Below are positions 49,844 to 59,919 of a stretch of 64,000 bases of DNA, in pieces. Both the position numbers and the translations under genes were made by a program. Within the stretch, counting starts at the first letter, position 1. Every line of letters begins with the position of its first letter. The notes under the pieces are model-generated. The model had not been told where the DNA came from, searched no databases, and saw only the letters and a program-made list of their open reading frames with translations. This DNA comes from Chloroflexota bacterium (GTDB taxonomy: Bacteria > Chloroflexota > Limnocylindria > Limnocylindrales > CSP1-4), in assembly GCA_016191425.1 (NCBI GenBank), contig JACPOR010000006.1:9711-73710 (forward strand), in the 5' to 3' direction.

Positions 49844-50544
49844 CCGTGTCGCCGCCCGCCGGACGACCCAAGGCGCCCCTCGCTGTTGATGTTGCCCAAG
49901 GCTCCACGCTCGTCGATGCCCTTGACCGCACGCCCGTCGATGCGACCGGCCGACCCTGGCCCGCCTTCGCCCACGCCAGCGAAGCCGAGATGGCTCGGAT
50001 CCTCGACTTCTACGCCGTCCGCTGGGACTACGAGCCGCGGACCTTCCCGATCCTCTGGAACCTGGATGGGGACGTCGTGGAGAGCTTCTCGCCCGACTTC
50101 TACCTACCGGAACTCGACCTCTATCTCGAGATGACGACGCTGAAGCAGCGTCTCGTCCGGAAGAAGAATCGCAAGCTGCGCCGGCTTCGGGAGTTGTATC
50201 CCGCCATCAACATCAAGCTGTTCTACGCCAGGGATTTCCGGGCGATGATGCTCAAGTACGGGCGCATTGCGCTGGCTGACTCCCTGTCCGGCACGCTCGG
50301 GCAGATCTCGCCGGATCGAAGCCCCGGGGAGCTCGTGCATGTGCTCGCGGACGTCCTGGTGACCCCTTCGACGGCGGCAATCCCATCACGGCCTCGCCGC
50401 CGCGACCGTCGGGCCGAACCGCCCCCGCCCGACGTGCTCGTGACGACGGCTCCGGCAATGTCGGGCCGGGGCGCACTGCAGTTGCAACCAGCCCGCGCTT
50501 CAGCCCGCGCTTCGACCCGCATTGAGGAGGCATCCGGCAGGTGA
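49840..50544 (+). CDS. hypothetical protein (234 aa), translationally coupled to hpt
   Basis: Well-structured N-terminal half (ILDFYAVRWDYEPRTFPILWNLDGDVVESFSPDFYLPELDLYLEMTTLKQRLVRKK...), low-complexity C-tail; TGATG overlap with hpt. Confidence 0.5.
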   Translation: MTVSPPAGRPKAPLAVDVAQGSTLVDALDRTPVDATGRPWPAFAHASEAEMARILDFYAVRWDYEPRTFPILWNLDGDVVESFSPDFYLPELDLYLEMTTLKQRLVRKKNRKLRRLRELYPAINIKLFYARDFRAMMLKYGRIALADSLSGTLGQISPDRSPGELVHVLADVLVTPSTAAIPSRPRRRDRRAEPPPPDVLVTTAPAMSGRGALQLQPARASARASTRIEEASGR

Positions 50545-51110
50545 TGGGAACGCTCACGGACCTCGAGGCCGATATCGGCGAGATCCTGCTCGACGAGCAA
50601 CTGATCCAGGCTCGAATCCTCGAGCTTGGGGCCCAGATCAGCGCCGACTACGCGGGCCGTCCCCTGACGCTCGTCAGCGTGCTCAAGGGGTCGCTGCCCT
50701 TCATGGCCGACCTCATGCGCGCGATCTCGTTGCCGGTCCGGATCGACCTCATGGAAGTGAGCTCGTATGGTGGCGCCACGACCGAATCTTCGGGGCTCGT
50801 GCGCATCCTCAAGGACCTCTCCACGACCATCGAGGGCGAAGAGGTCCTCATCTGCGAGGACATCATCGATACCGGCCTGACGCTGAACTACCTGATCCGC
50901 TATCTCGGCGGCAAGAAGCCCGCGTCCCTGCGCATCTGCACCCTCCTGGACAAGCCCGCTCGCCGTCTCGTGGACATTCCCGTCGACTACACCGGATTCA
51001 CCATCCCGGACCAGTTCGTGGTCGGTTACGGGCTCGACTACAACGAGCTGTACCGGAACCTCCGGTTCGTCGGGGTCCTCCGGCCGGAGGTCTACGCGAC
51101 ACCCGAATGA
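50544..51110 (+). CDS. hpt: hypoxanthine-guanine phosphoribosyltransferase
   Basis: PRT-type motif VLICEDIIDTGLTL and full-length Hpt similarity; GAGGAGG SD upstream. Confidence 0.85.
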   Translation: MGTLTDLEADIGEILLDEQLIQARILELGAQISADYAGRPLTLVSVLKGSLPFMADLMRAISLPVRIDLMEVSSYGGATTESSGLVRILKDLSTTIEGEEVLICEDIIDTGLTLNYLIRYLGGKKPASLRICTLLDKPARRLVDIPVDYTGFTIPDQFVVGYGLDYNELYRNLRFVGVLRPEVYATPE

Positions 51111-51547
51111 ACATCCATCGACGGCCCGTCGGGCGGGCGCGGATTCTGGCCGCTCTCGGCGCCGTCGTGGTGCTGGTCGGTTGTGTGCTGCGCTGGTGGA
51201 CGGTCGGCGGCGAAAACGGGCTGCCCCAGATCGGCGGCAACGCATTCGACGGACTCGGTATCGTGGTGTTCGTGGTCGCACTCGTGACGATCGCGGTCGT
51301 CACGCTCCCCTATGCCACGGACCGCCCGGTGAGTGCCGACCGATGGCCCGCGTACGCCCTGCTCGCGACAGTTGGCTGGGTGGCCTTCGTCCTCCGTATT
51401 GTGGACCTGGCCTCAATCGGGGCGCTGGCGTTCCCGGAACCAATCGCGGTCTTCACGAATGGTCCGGGCCTCTGGGTCACGGGCGTGGGTCTGGCGATGC
51501 TTGCGCGCGCCGCCTACGATATCCACCGGGAGCCGGGAATCCGCTGA
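51107..51547 (+). CDS. small integral membrane protein (hypothetical), 4 TM
   Basis: ATGA overlap with hpt stop; hydrophobic 146-aa product. Confidence 0.55.
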   Translation: MNIHRRPVGRARILAALGAVVVLVGCVLRWWTVGGENGLPQIGGNAFDGLGIVVFVVALVTIAVVTLPYATDRPVSADRWPAYALLATVGWVAFVLRIVDLASIGALAFPEPIAVFTNGPGLWVTGVGLAMLARAAYDIHREPGIR

Positions 51548-51648
51548 TCCCGAGCGCGCCTCGGCGGCGAACTCGTTCGTCACTGCCAGCGCTTCCGACT
51601 CCGCGAGGGTGGTGGGCCCCGGCCTTGGGTCAGTCCTCGCCCTGTGGG

Positions 51649-52392
51649 TCAGTCCTCGCCCAGGTACGCCTTGCGGACACTCTCGTCACTCATGACCTCT
51701 CGGGCCGGGCCGGTCAGAACGACACGGCCGGTCTGCAGGACGTACGCCCGGTGGGCGATGGAGAGCGCCTGGAGCGCGTTCTGCTCGACGAGGAGGATCG
51801 TGGTGCCCTGCTCGTTGATCTCCCGAACGATCGAGAAGATCTGCTGAACCAGGATGGGCGACAGGCCGAGAGATGGTTCGTCGAGGAGCAGCAGGCGGGG
51901 GTGGGACATCAGCGCGCGAGCGATGGCGAGCATCTGCTGCTCGCCGCCCGACAGGGTTCCCCCGAGCTGGTGGGTGCGCTCGCGGAGCCGCGGAAAGAGG
52001 GTCATGACGCGATCGAGATCCGGGGGGATCGTCGGCTGGTCCCGGGTGAAGGCGCCCATCATGAGGTTCTCGAGGACGGACATCCGGCCGAAGATCCGGC
52101 GGCCTTCCGGGGCGTGACCGATGCCTCGCCGGACCAGCGTGTGGGCCGCCGTCTTGGAAACGTCCGCACCTTCAAAGCGGACGGTTCCGCGGCGGGGATG
52201 GAGGAGGCCGCTGATCGTCTTGAGCGTCGTCGTCTTGCCGGCGCCGTTGGCCCCGATCAGGGTCACGATCTCACCCTCCGCGACGGTCAGGTTGACCCCC
52301 TGGAGGGCGTGGATCTGACCATAGAAGGTGTTGACCTCGTCGAGGACGAGCATCGGCTCCGCGGCCTGAGGACGCTGATCGGCTGCGGTCAT
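51649..52392 (-). CDS. livF: branched-chain amino acid ABC transporter ATP-binding protein (LivF-like)
   Basis: Walker A GANGAGKTT, signature LSGGEQQ, Walker B LLLLDEPS. Confidence 0.85.
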   Translation of the reverse strand: MTAADQRPQAAEPMLVLDEVNTFYGQIHALQGVNLTVAEGEIVTLIGANGAGKTTTLKTISGLLHPRRGTVRFEGADVSKTAAHTLVRRGIGHAPEGRRIFGRMSVLENLMMGAFTRDQPTIPPDLDRVMTLFPRLRERTHQLGGTLSGGEQQMLAIARALMSHPRLLLLDEPSLGLSPILVQQIFSIVREINEQGTTILLVEQNALQALSIAHRAYVLQTGRVVLTGPAREVMSDESVRKAYLGED

Positions 52393-53387
52393 GCGGCTGG
52401 TGCTCCGAGGTAGGCTTCGATCACCTTCGGGTCCCGGCGAATCTCATCGGGCGTGCCCTCGGCGATCTTCTCCCCATGGTCGAGGACGGTCACCCGGTCG
52501 CTGATCCCCATGACGACCTTCATGTCGTGCTCGATGAGCAGGATCGTCAGGCCGAGGTCCCGGCGAAGCCGGCTGATCAGGCTGGTGAGGCCAGCCGTCT
52601 CGTTCGGATTCATGCCGGCGGTCGGTTCGTCGAGGAGCAGGAGCACGGGATTCGACGCGACGGCGCGGGCGATCTCCAACCGGCGCTGGTCGCCGTACGG
52701 GAGGTTCTTGGCCAGTCCGTCGCCCGTTCCCTGGAGGCCTACGAGCGCGAGCAGTTCCTCAGCCCGGATCCGCGAGGACAGTTCCTCCGCCCTGTTCCGG
52801 GGAGTGGAGAGGAGGGCGTCGACCCAGCCCGCGTGGAGCCGCGAGTGCATCCCGACCTGCACGTTTTCGAGCACCGTCATGTTCTGGAAGAGGCGGATGT
52901 TCTGGAATGTGCGGCCGAGGCCGGCCACGACCATGTCGTTCGGCCGCGCACTGCGGAAGATCCCGAACCGACCGAGGAAGCGCTGATAGGCCGGACCACG
53001 CGCGACCCCCGTCACGAGCGACGCGAGCAGGACGAGGATGGTCGCGAAGATCCCGAGGATGACCGTTCCCTGGGCCAGCCCGGCGAGGCTCGCGAGGATG
53101 GTCGCCATGGCGACGACCCCCGGCATCACCAGCCACAGGATCGGCTCGAGCCAGGCCCGTCTGGGGTGGGCGATCACCGTCTCACCCCGGAACTCGATCC
53201 GGCCATCGGTCGGGTCGTAGATCCCGGCGATGACGTTGAAGAACGTGGTCTTGCCCGCGCCATTGGGGCCGATGAGGCTCACGATGCTGCCCCTGGGGAT
53301 CGCGAAGTCGATGGTGTTGACAGCGATCAGGCCGCCGAACCGCTTCGTGACCTTCTCGGCGCGCAGGACCTCGGTCGTCTCGGTCAC
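52389..53387 (-). CDS. livG: branched-chain amino acid ABC transporter ATP-binding protein (LivG-like) with ~80-aa hydrophobic insertion
   Basis: Walker A GPNGAGKTT, LPYGDQRRLE signature, LLLLDEPTAGMN; insertion after the first 70 aa contains a TM-like segment. Confidence 0.85.
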   Translation of the reverse strand: MTETTEVLRAEKVTKRFGGLIAVNTIDFAIPRGSIVSLIGPNGAGKTTFFNVIAGIYDPTDGRIEFRGETVIAHPRRAWLEPILWLVMPGVVAMATILASLAGLAQGTVILGIFATILVLLASLVTGVARGPAYQRFLGRFGIFRSARPNDMVVAGLGRTFQNIRLFQNMTVLENVQVGMHSRLHAGWVDALLSTPRNRAEELSSRIRAEELLALVGLQGTGDGLAKNLPYGDQRRLEIARAVASNPVLLLLDEPTAGMNPNETAGLTSLISRLRRDLGLTILLIEHDMKVVMGISDRVTVLDHGEKIAEGTPDEIRRDPKVIEAYLGAPAA

Positions 53388-54607
53388 CGGTCGTGCCCCC
53401 GAAGGTCCTGGCCGGAGGTATCACCCAACTCGTCCGCGCCCGGCGCCGCACCGAGCGAGCCGATCACGGCCGGTTCGTCGATGGGACCAGCGAGTTCATC
53501 GGCGATGTGGAGTTCCCGCCGTCGTCGCTGGCTCGGGAACAGGCCCTCCGGCCGGAACAGCATCATCAACACGAGGGCGACTCCGAAGAGGAGGTACTGG
53601 TAGTCGAGGAAGTTGATCTCCGTGAGGAACGGAATCCCGAGTCCCTCCACCATCCCGTTGAGCTGCTTGAGGAGGACCACCTGGATGAGGTAGACCAGGA
53701 GCGCCCCGGCCGCCACACCCCAGATGTTGCCCATCCCGCCGAGGATGACCATGGCCAGGACGGAGAACGAAACTGCGAACAGGAACTGCTCGGGAGAGAC
53801 GATGGTCAGCTTGGAGGCGTTGAAGACGCCCGCAAAGCCCGCGGTTGTGGCGCCGATGGCGAAGGCGAGCAGCTTCGTGGTCACCGTGTTGATGCCGTTC
53901 GCGGCGGCCGCCAGTTCGTCCTCCCGGATGGCGTTCCAGGCGCGACCGATCCGCGAATCCTGCATGCGGTACAGGAGGATCATGGCGACTGTCACGATCC
54001 CGACCATGAGGATGTAGTAGGGGAACGGCGACAGGGCCGAGAACTCGCCGAGCACGGGCAGCGGTTCGGGCCTGAAGATCCCCCCGATGCCGTTGGTGCC
54101 TTCGGTCCATTTGTCCAGGTTGAGGAAGACGATCGGCACGATCTCGCCGAATCCCAGGGTCATGATCGCCAGGTAATCGCCGCGAAGACGGAGCGTCGGG
54201 GCGCCGAGCGCGATCCCGAAGACCGCCGCCACGGCCGCTCCGACCACGAGCATCGGCAGGAACGGCAGGTCGGTCTGCGAGAACGGCGAGTTCGAGTAGG
54301 CGTAGGTGTAGGACCCGATCGCGAAGAACGCGGCGTAGCCCAGATCGAGGAGACCGGCCAGTCCGACCACGACGTTGAGGCCCATGGCCAGCAGGACGAA
54401 GGTCCCGGCATTGGCGAAGGCATCGAACCATGCATTCTGGCGCTGGATCAGGGACAGCGGCGGTACCTGCGCCAGGACGATCATGGCGGCCGTGATGAGC
54501 ACCATCGAGACCACGATCGTCGCCGAACGGTGGCCGTGCGCGTACGCCCGCAATCGGGCGCGTGGCGACGGCGACCCCGCCGAACGTACCTCCATCGTGG
54601 CGGTCAT
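53384..54607 (-). CDS. livM: branched-chain amino acid ABC transporter permease (LivM-like)
   Basis: 407 aa polytopic permease, LivM-type. Confidence 0.85.
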   Translation of the reverse strand: MTATMEVRSAGSPSPRARLRAYAHGHRSATIVVSMVLITAAMIVLAQVPPLSLIQRQNAWFDAFANAGTFVLLAMGLNVVVGLAGLLDLGYAAFFAIGSYTYAYSNSPFSQTDLPFLPMLVVGAAVAAVFGIALGAPTLRLRGDYLAIMTLGFGEIVPIVFLNLDKWTEGTNGIGGIFRPEPLPVLGEFSALSPFPYYILMVGIVTVAMILLYRMQDSRIGRAWNAIREDELAAAANGINTVTTKLLAFAIGATTAGFAGVFNASKLTIVSPEQFLFAVSFSVLAMVILGGMGNIWGVAAGALLVYLIQVVLLKQLNGMVEGLGIPFLTEINFLDYQYLLFGVALVLMMLFRPEGLFPSQRRRRELHIADELAGPIDEPAVIGSLGAAPGADELGDTSGQDLRGHDR

Positions 54608-55674
54608 GCGCGATCTCCCGAGTGCTGGCCGAGGATGCCGGTCGGTCTGAAGATCAGGACCAGGGTCAGGATGACGAAGATGAGAAACTCCTGCCAGCGC
54701 GCGTACCCGAGCGCCGCCGCGAAGTTCTCGATGAAGCCGATGATGAAGCCCCCGATGACCGCGCCGGTGATGTTCCCAATCCCGCCGAGGACCGCTGCGG
54801 TGAAGGCTTTGAGGCCCGAATTGAAGCCGAGGTCGAAGCGGACATAGCCGAAGCGAAGTCCCCAGACAAGACCGGCGGCGGCGGCGAGCATGCCCCCGAT
54901 CAGGAAGGTCAGGGAAATCGTCTGGTTGGCGTCGACGCCCATCAGGGCGGCCGCCTCCTGGTCCTGCGCCGTCGCCCGCATCGCGCGTCCGAGGCGAGTC
55001 CGTGTGACGAACGCCTGAAGACCCAGCATGAGGACCATCGCGAGCACGAAGATGAAGATCGAGAGGATCGAGATCTCCGCCCCACCGACTGAAATCTGCC
55101 AGTCCAGCGGGAAGATCTGCGGCGCCCGCCGGTCACCCGACCCCGCGATCGTCAGGGCGACGTTCTGCAGGATGAACGAGACGCCGACGGCGGTGATCAA
55201 TGGCGCGAGCCGGGGTGCCTTCCGAAGCGGGCGGTAGACGGCCCGCTCGATCCCGGCGTTGAGCAGCCCGATGATCGGCATCGTGAGGATCAGGGCACCG
55301 AGGATCAGGATGATGAGGAGCGGGATGTTCGTGACCGCCTCGTTGTTGCCGGTGATGCCACCGATGAAGACAACAGACAGGAACGCCCCGAGCATGAAGA
55401 TGTCGCCATGGGCGAAGTTGATCAGCTCGATGATCCCGTAGACCATCGTGTAACCCAGCGCGATGAGGGCGTAGATCGCGCCGATCGAGAGCGCGTTGAC
55501 GGTCTGTTGGAGGGCTTCGGGGAACGCCGCGTCGATCGTTCTGCCACCGAACAGAGAGAGCGCCATCCACAACACGACCAGGTAGGCGATGACCGCGGCG
55601 ACGGCGATCGCGGTCATCCGCAGGCCCCTGGCCAATGGGTTCGGATGCGCGGCTGGCGAGGCGATCGCGGTCAC
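54604..55674 (-). CDS. livH: branched-chain amino acid ABC transporter permease (LivH-like)
   Basis: 356 aa polytopic permease, LivH-type. Confidence 0.85.
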   Translation of the reverse strand: MTAIASPAAHPNPLARGLRMTAIAVAAVIAYLVVLWMALSLFGGRTIDAAFPEALQQTVNALSIGAIYALIALGYTMVYGIIELINFAHGDIFMLGAFLSVVFIGGITGNNEAVTNIPLLIILILGALILTMPIIGLLNAGIERAVYRPLRKAPRLAPLITAVGVSFILQNVALTIAGSGDRRAPQIFPLDWQISVGGAEISILSIFIFVLAMVLMLGLQAFVTRTRLGRAMRATAQDQEAAALMGVDANQTISLTFLIGGMLAAAAGLVWGLRFGYVRFDLGFNSGLKAFTAAVLGGIGNITGAVIGGFIIGFIENFAAALGYARWQEFLIFVILTLVLIFRPTGILGQHSGDRA

Positions 55675-55770
55675 GATGTGAACCTCAGGGCGGAGGGGGG
55701 TGGAACCCTGCGGGGATGGAGGGAGGCCGGGAACCCGATGGATGCCCGGCCTCCAGGGCGCGAAACGCTC

Positions 55771-57024
55771 CTACTTGACGGCCGCGTCGATCTGGGTCTC
55801 GTACTTCCAGTCGCCCTTGCCGTTGGCGCCGGCGGGGTCGACCGAGTAGATCGAAACGATCAGCTGGCTCGTGTCCCCGTTCTTGTCGAACGTGACGCTG
55901 CCGACATTGAGGGAGTAGGTGTAGGTGCTGTCGGTTCCCGCGACGCGAACCGCTTCGCGGAGCTCGGCGTCGGTCTTGGGATTCGTGGCGATGGCGCGCT
56001 TGAGCGCGTCGAGGACCACCTGGGTGCAGGCGAAGCCCTGACCCGCGTACCCGGTGGAGTCGATGCCGTATTCGGCCTTGTAGTCGGCGTCGAACTTGTC
56101 CTTGCCCTCGAACGTGCCGGGGCCCGCAAGGGTGCTGTACGCGTTCTTGGCCGCCGCGGCGGCGAGGTTGAGGAACGAGTCCTTCGTTTCGCCGGAGCCG
56201 TCGTTGATGCCGTCGGGGCCGACGAACGGAATGTCGCCGAGACCGACCTGGGCCGCGGCCAGAAGGATCCGGGCCCCGCCGGTCGCGGTCACGCCGCCGA
56301 AGTAGATCGACTCAGGGTTGAGCGCCTTTGCGGCGGTCATGATCGAGACGTAGTCCTGGGTGGTCTTCGGTGCGGCGTCGCGCTTGACGACGGTTCCACC
56401 GCGCGCCTTGAACTCTGCCTCGAACGAGTCGGCGACGCCCTTCCCGAAGGTCTCGGTGTCGTCGATGATGTAGACGCTCTTCTTTCCGAGCTCCTTGATG
56501 ATGTACGCAGCCCCCGCCGGACCCTGGACCGCGTCGGTGGTGACCACCCGGATGTAGTTGTTCGGCTTGGTGCGCAGCGCCGCTGCAGCAGCACCGGCGG
56601 TCAAATCGGGGTTCGTGTTGGCCGGCGAGCACTGCAGCAGCCCGGCCGCGTTCGAGACCGGGATCTCGGCCTTGGCAACGCTCGAGTTGAGCGGACCGAC
56701 GACGGCCACGTAGTTCGGATCGCCGACGATCTTGGTCATGTTGTTGGCGCCGGTCTGTGCGTCGTGCACGCCGTTCAGCGCGTCGTCGAAGACGGCCGAA
56801 TTCGGAACGGTGACGGTGAAGTCACCGACCTTCCCGCCGGCCTGCTTCACGGCGAGGCGGATGCCATTGAGGATCGGGTCCGAGGCCGCCTTCTCACTGC
56901 CCTGGAAGGGGAGTTCGACCGCGATCTGGATGTTCTTGTTCAGGCTGGCCGAGCCACCGCCACCACAAGCGCCGAACACGATGGCTGCGCTTGCCGCGAT
57001 GACCGAGTATTTCGTGAGCTTCAT
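55771..57024 (-). CDS. ABC transporter substrate-binding lipoprotein (LivK/LivJ-like, periplasmic-binding-protein type I)
   Basis: Start at MKLTKYSVIAASAAIVFGAC (lipobox) with GAGGAGGA SD; PBP1-type sequence. Confidence 0.85.
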   Translation of the reverse strand: MKLTKYSVIAASAAIVFGACGGGGSASLNKNIQIAVELPFQGSEKAASDPILNGIRLAVKQAGGKVGDFTVTVPNSAVFDDALNGVHDAQTGANNMTKIVGDPNYVAVVGPLNSSVAKAEIPVSNAAGLLQCSPANTNPDLTAGAAAAALRTKPNNYIRVVTTDAVQGPAGAAYIIKELGKKSVYIIDDTETFGKGVADSFEAEFKARGGTVVKRDAAPKTTQDYVSIMTAAKALNPESIYFGGVTATGGARILLAAAQVGLGDIPFVGPDGINDGSGETKDSFLNLAAAAAKNAYSTLAGPGTFEGKDKFDADYKAEYGIDSTGYAGQGFACTQVVLDALKRAIATNPKTDAELREAVRVAGTDSTYTYSLNVGSVTFDKNGDTSQLIVSIYSVDPAGANGKGDWKYETQIDAAVK

Positions 57025-57044
57025 GCATTCTCCTCCTCGAATGA

Positions 57045-57071
57045 GATCGCCCAGCATGTTCCTGGGCGATC
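57045..57071. promoter_or_regulatory. perfect 10-bp inverted repeat GATCGCCCAG-n7-CTGGGCGATC in livK leader, 12 nt upstream of SD
   Basis: Seen directly. Confidence 0.3.
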
Positions 57072-57375
57072 ACCTGGTCGGCTGACCCGCGAACCCGACC
57101 CGTTGGCAGGCCGCGGTGCCGGCGTTGGCGCCCGTCCCGTGCACCAGACGCTGCGCCCAGGGAGGGCGGAGGTCGGCGCTGGAGTGGTGCGCGGCGGCTG
57201 GGACCGTGACCTGTTCGGGCGGCGCGCAGGTTGCCGCCGAAGCGATGTCGTATGATAGTGCCCGGCGCACCGATTGCAACACCGGTTGGCGCGATCCAGA
57301 TGATTTCGCGAGCGGACGACGTTCGCGCTTCCTGCGATCAGCGGCACCTGTCGACCTCGGTCGACCCCGATCGGG

Positions 57376-57897
57376 GTGGTCTGCATCGAGGTGGCGCCAT
57401 CCGATCGAGGTACCAGCGACGGCGTGGAATACACGGTCCGAGCAGCCCGAATCACCGACATCGACCGGTTCGTCGCGCTCAGCGGCGACCAGATCGGTGG
57501 CCGTGGGTCGGGAACTGCCCTGGATGCCGCGGACATGCTCCGACAGCTGGTCTACCTTCCCCACGCGAGCATCCTCGTCGCCGAGCGGCGCCGGGAGTTT
57601 GCGGGCGGCGCGGTCCTCGCGATCCGTCCTTCGGTTCGAGCCGGCGGCTATGTCGGAACGATCGATCTCCTGGCCATCGCTCCCGGAGCTGATGCAGACG
57701 CGGTGACGGAGGTCCTCCTCGCGGAGGCCCTGCGGTCGGCCGCCAACAAGGGTTGCGCGTCCATCGAGGCAGCGCGACCAGACGATCCCAACGAGCGGGC
57801 GCGGTGGGAGGAGCGCGGATTCATCGATCTCGGCCCGCACATGGGACGCACGCTCGCGCCGGCAGGCGCGGGCTCCAGACGATCCCGATCATCGTGA
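57376..57897 (+). CDS. GNAT-family N-acetyltransferase (putative)
   Basis: 173 aa, GTG start; acetyl-CoA-binding-like region; TATGAT -10-like hexamer ~120 nt upstream. Confidence 0.5.
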   Translation: MVCIEVAPSDRGTSDGVEYTVRAARITDIDRFVALSGDQIGGRGSGTALDAADMLRQLVYLPHASILVAERRREFAGGAVLAIRPSVRAGGYVGTIDLLAIAPGADADAVTEVLLAEALRSAANKGCASIEAARPDDPNERARWEERGFIDLGPHMGRTLAPAGAGSRRSRSS

Positions 57898-57946
57898 CGG
57901 CCCACCCGGTTCGCGGGTCGCTCCGTCACCAGTACTAGGAGACCCC

Positions 57947-59911
57947 GTGGGCAAGAATGTCGCCGTCTTCGTGGACGTGGCGAACGTGTTTTATGCGGCC
58001 AAGGCGGCCGGAGTGGATATCGATTACGTCACGCTGCTGAAGTCGGTCACAGCGGGCCGCGACCTCGTGCGGGCGTACGCGTACACCGGCCTGGACCCGG
58101 ACAATGACAACCAGCGGAACTTTCATGACTTCCTGCGTCGCAGCGGCTACAAGGTCGTCAGCAAGGACATTCGCAAGTACGGCGACGGCAAGGTCAAGGC
58201 GAATCTCGATATCGAGCTGGTCGTCGACATGATGAAGACGGCCCGCAACCTGGACATCGCGATCGTGGTGTCCGGCGACGGTGACTTTGCCCCGGCCATC
58301 CGCGCCGTCCAGGAACAGGGCGTTCGCGTCGAGGTCCTGAGTTTTCGCGGCAACACGTCGTCGGACCTCATGGATGTTGCCGACCTCTTCACCGATATCG
58401 CCCAGATCGCCAAGGTCGAAAAGGGATCTTCCCGCTCCGGGCGCCGGGTCGCGAGTGACGAAGGGGACCTGTCGATGACCGAGGTCCCGGACAAGATGAG
58501 CGAGGGTGCGGGACGTGGCCGCGGCCGCAGTCGGACCCGGACCCGCGTCGACGAGGCGGAAGGGGTCGCCGCGCCCCGGCCCCGAAGTCGAGCCCGGGTC
58601 AAGATCGTCGACCCAGCGGAGGTCGTGGCGCCGGCCGCCGGGATCCCGATCGTCGCCCTCCCGGGCGAGAAGCTGTCCAGGGCCGCGATCGCCCTCCCGG
58701 GCGAGAGGCTGGCGAAGGTCGCAGCCGTCGCCGCCGACAACTCGATCGATGTCGATGTCGATGACGAGGCGGACGATCTCTTCGGATCGGCGCGTGCCGT
58801 TGATGGCGAGGAAGAGCCCCGCCGTCGTCGTCGCCGCCGAGGCGGACGGGGCCGCGGCCGGGGACGGGGCCACGAGGAAGGCATGGCCTCGGGCGAAGCG
58901 CCGGCCGACGCTTCGGCAACATCCGATGAGTCCGACACGGATGAAGATGACGCCGAGATCATGGTGGCCGCACCGCAGGCCCCGGCCAAGCGTGCCGCCC
59001 ACGCCTTCGGTTCGGTCTGGGACTCCCAGATCGGGATGCCGTCCGGTTCCCGGGGTTCCGGCCAGATCATCGACGAGGACGACCTCGACGAGCCACCGAT
59101 TCCCGAGTACCTCATCGCCGAGCGGCGGCAGCGTGACGGTCGGGGTGTCGGTCCGGGCGCTCGCTCCGGCGGCAGAGGCGTTCGGAGTGGCTATGCCGCT
59201 GCCGTGGAGCGGGAGCGCTACGGTGGCGGGAGGTCCGCTTCGGGCGGACGAGCCGGTGGGTCGTCGCGCTTCGGGGAGGCCGCGCCACGCGGAGGCAACC
59301 GCGAGCCTGAACGATTCCGTGCAGAACGGGCTGCACCGCGCCCCGCGCCGCGTGCCATGAACCCCGACGAGCCGTGGACCGAGGTGTCGCCGGAAATCGA
59401 GGCGATGCTGCGCGCCCAGATCGGGAGCCGACCCGCCCCAAAGCCCGGATCCGGAGTCACGGCCCCGGCCCCGACTCCGGCCCCAACTCCGGCCCATGAA
59501 GACGGCGGTGCCGCTTCGGCACGGGCGTCGATCGCTCCGGCGGCATCGGATGCGCCGACGCCGAGGCGGCGGTCGGTCCGCAAGCCCCCAGCCGGAGCTC
59601 AACCCCTGACTGTGGAGCCGGCCGTCGAAAGTCCGGCTCCCAAGCGCCGATCCACGCGCAAGGCGCCCACGGCCACGGCCGATGCGGTGACTGCCGTCAC
59701 CGAGGCGCCGGCAGCGACTGCTGTGCCGAAGCGGCCCTCCTCGCGCAAGGTTGCGACGAAGGCCGCACCGACCCCGCTGGTGGAGAAGGCCGCGCCGACC
59801 GAGAAGGCCGCGCCCACCGAAAAGGCCGTGCCGACCGCACCGACCGCGCGGGTGGAGAAGGCCGCGCCGAAGCGACGCACCGCCCGCAAGGCGGCCGAGC
59901 CCACAGCCTGA
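57947..59911 (+). CDS. NYN-domain (LabA-like PIN-fold) protein with ~450-aa intrinsically disordered C-terminal tail (Arg/Gly-rich, then Ala/Pro/Lys-rich H1-like repeats)
   Basis: GTG start after AGGAGA; VAVFVDVANVFY...IAIVVSGDGDFAPAIRAVQEQGVRVEVLSF (NYN); tail contains PKRRSTRKAP / AAPTEKAAPTEKA repeats. Confidence 0.65.
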   Translation: MGKNVAVFVDVANVFYAAKAAGVDIDYVTLLKSVTAGRDLVRAYAYTGLDPDNDNQRNFHDFLRRSGYKVVSKDIRKYGDGKVKANLDIELVVDMMKTARNLDIAIVVSGDGDFAPAIRAVQEQGVRVEVLSFRGNTSSDLMDVADLFTDIAQIAKVEKGSSRSGRRVASDEGDLSMTEVPDKMSEGAGRGRGRSRTRTRVDEAEGVAAPRPRSRARVKIVDPAEVVAPAAGIPIVALPGEKLSRAAIALPGERLAKVAAVAADNSIDVDVDDEADDLFGSARAVDGEEEPRRRRRRRGGRGRGRGRGHEEGMASGEAPADASATSDESDTDEDDAEIMVAAPQAPAKRAAHAFGSVWDSQIGMPSGSRGSGQIIDEDDLDEPPIPEYLIAERRQRDGRGVGPGARSGGRGVRSGYAAAVERERYGGGRSASGGRAGGSSRFGEAAPRGGNREPERFRAERAAPRPAPRAMNPDEPWTEVSPEIEAMLRAQIGSRPAPKPGSGVTAPAPTPAPTPAHEDGGAASARASIAPAASDAPTPRRRSVRKPPAGAQPLTVEPAVESPAPKRRSTRKAPTATADAVTAVTEAPAATAVPKRPSSRKVATKAAPTPLVEKAAPTEKAAPTEKAVPTAPTARVEKAAPKRRTARKAAEPTA

Positions 59912-59919
59912 TCCGGGCC

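Noticed and set aside
55408-57255. 615-aa + strand ORF over livH/livK
   Set aside because: Antisense to the liv-type operon; Asp/Arg/Gly-rich spurious frame.
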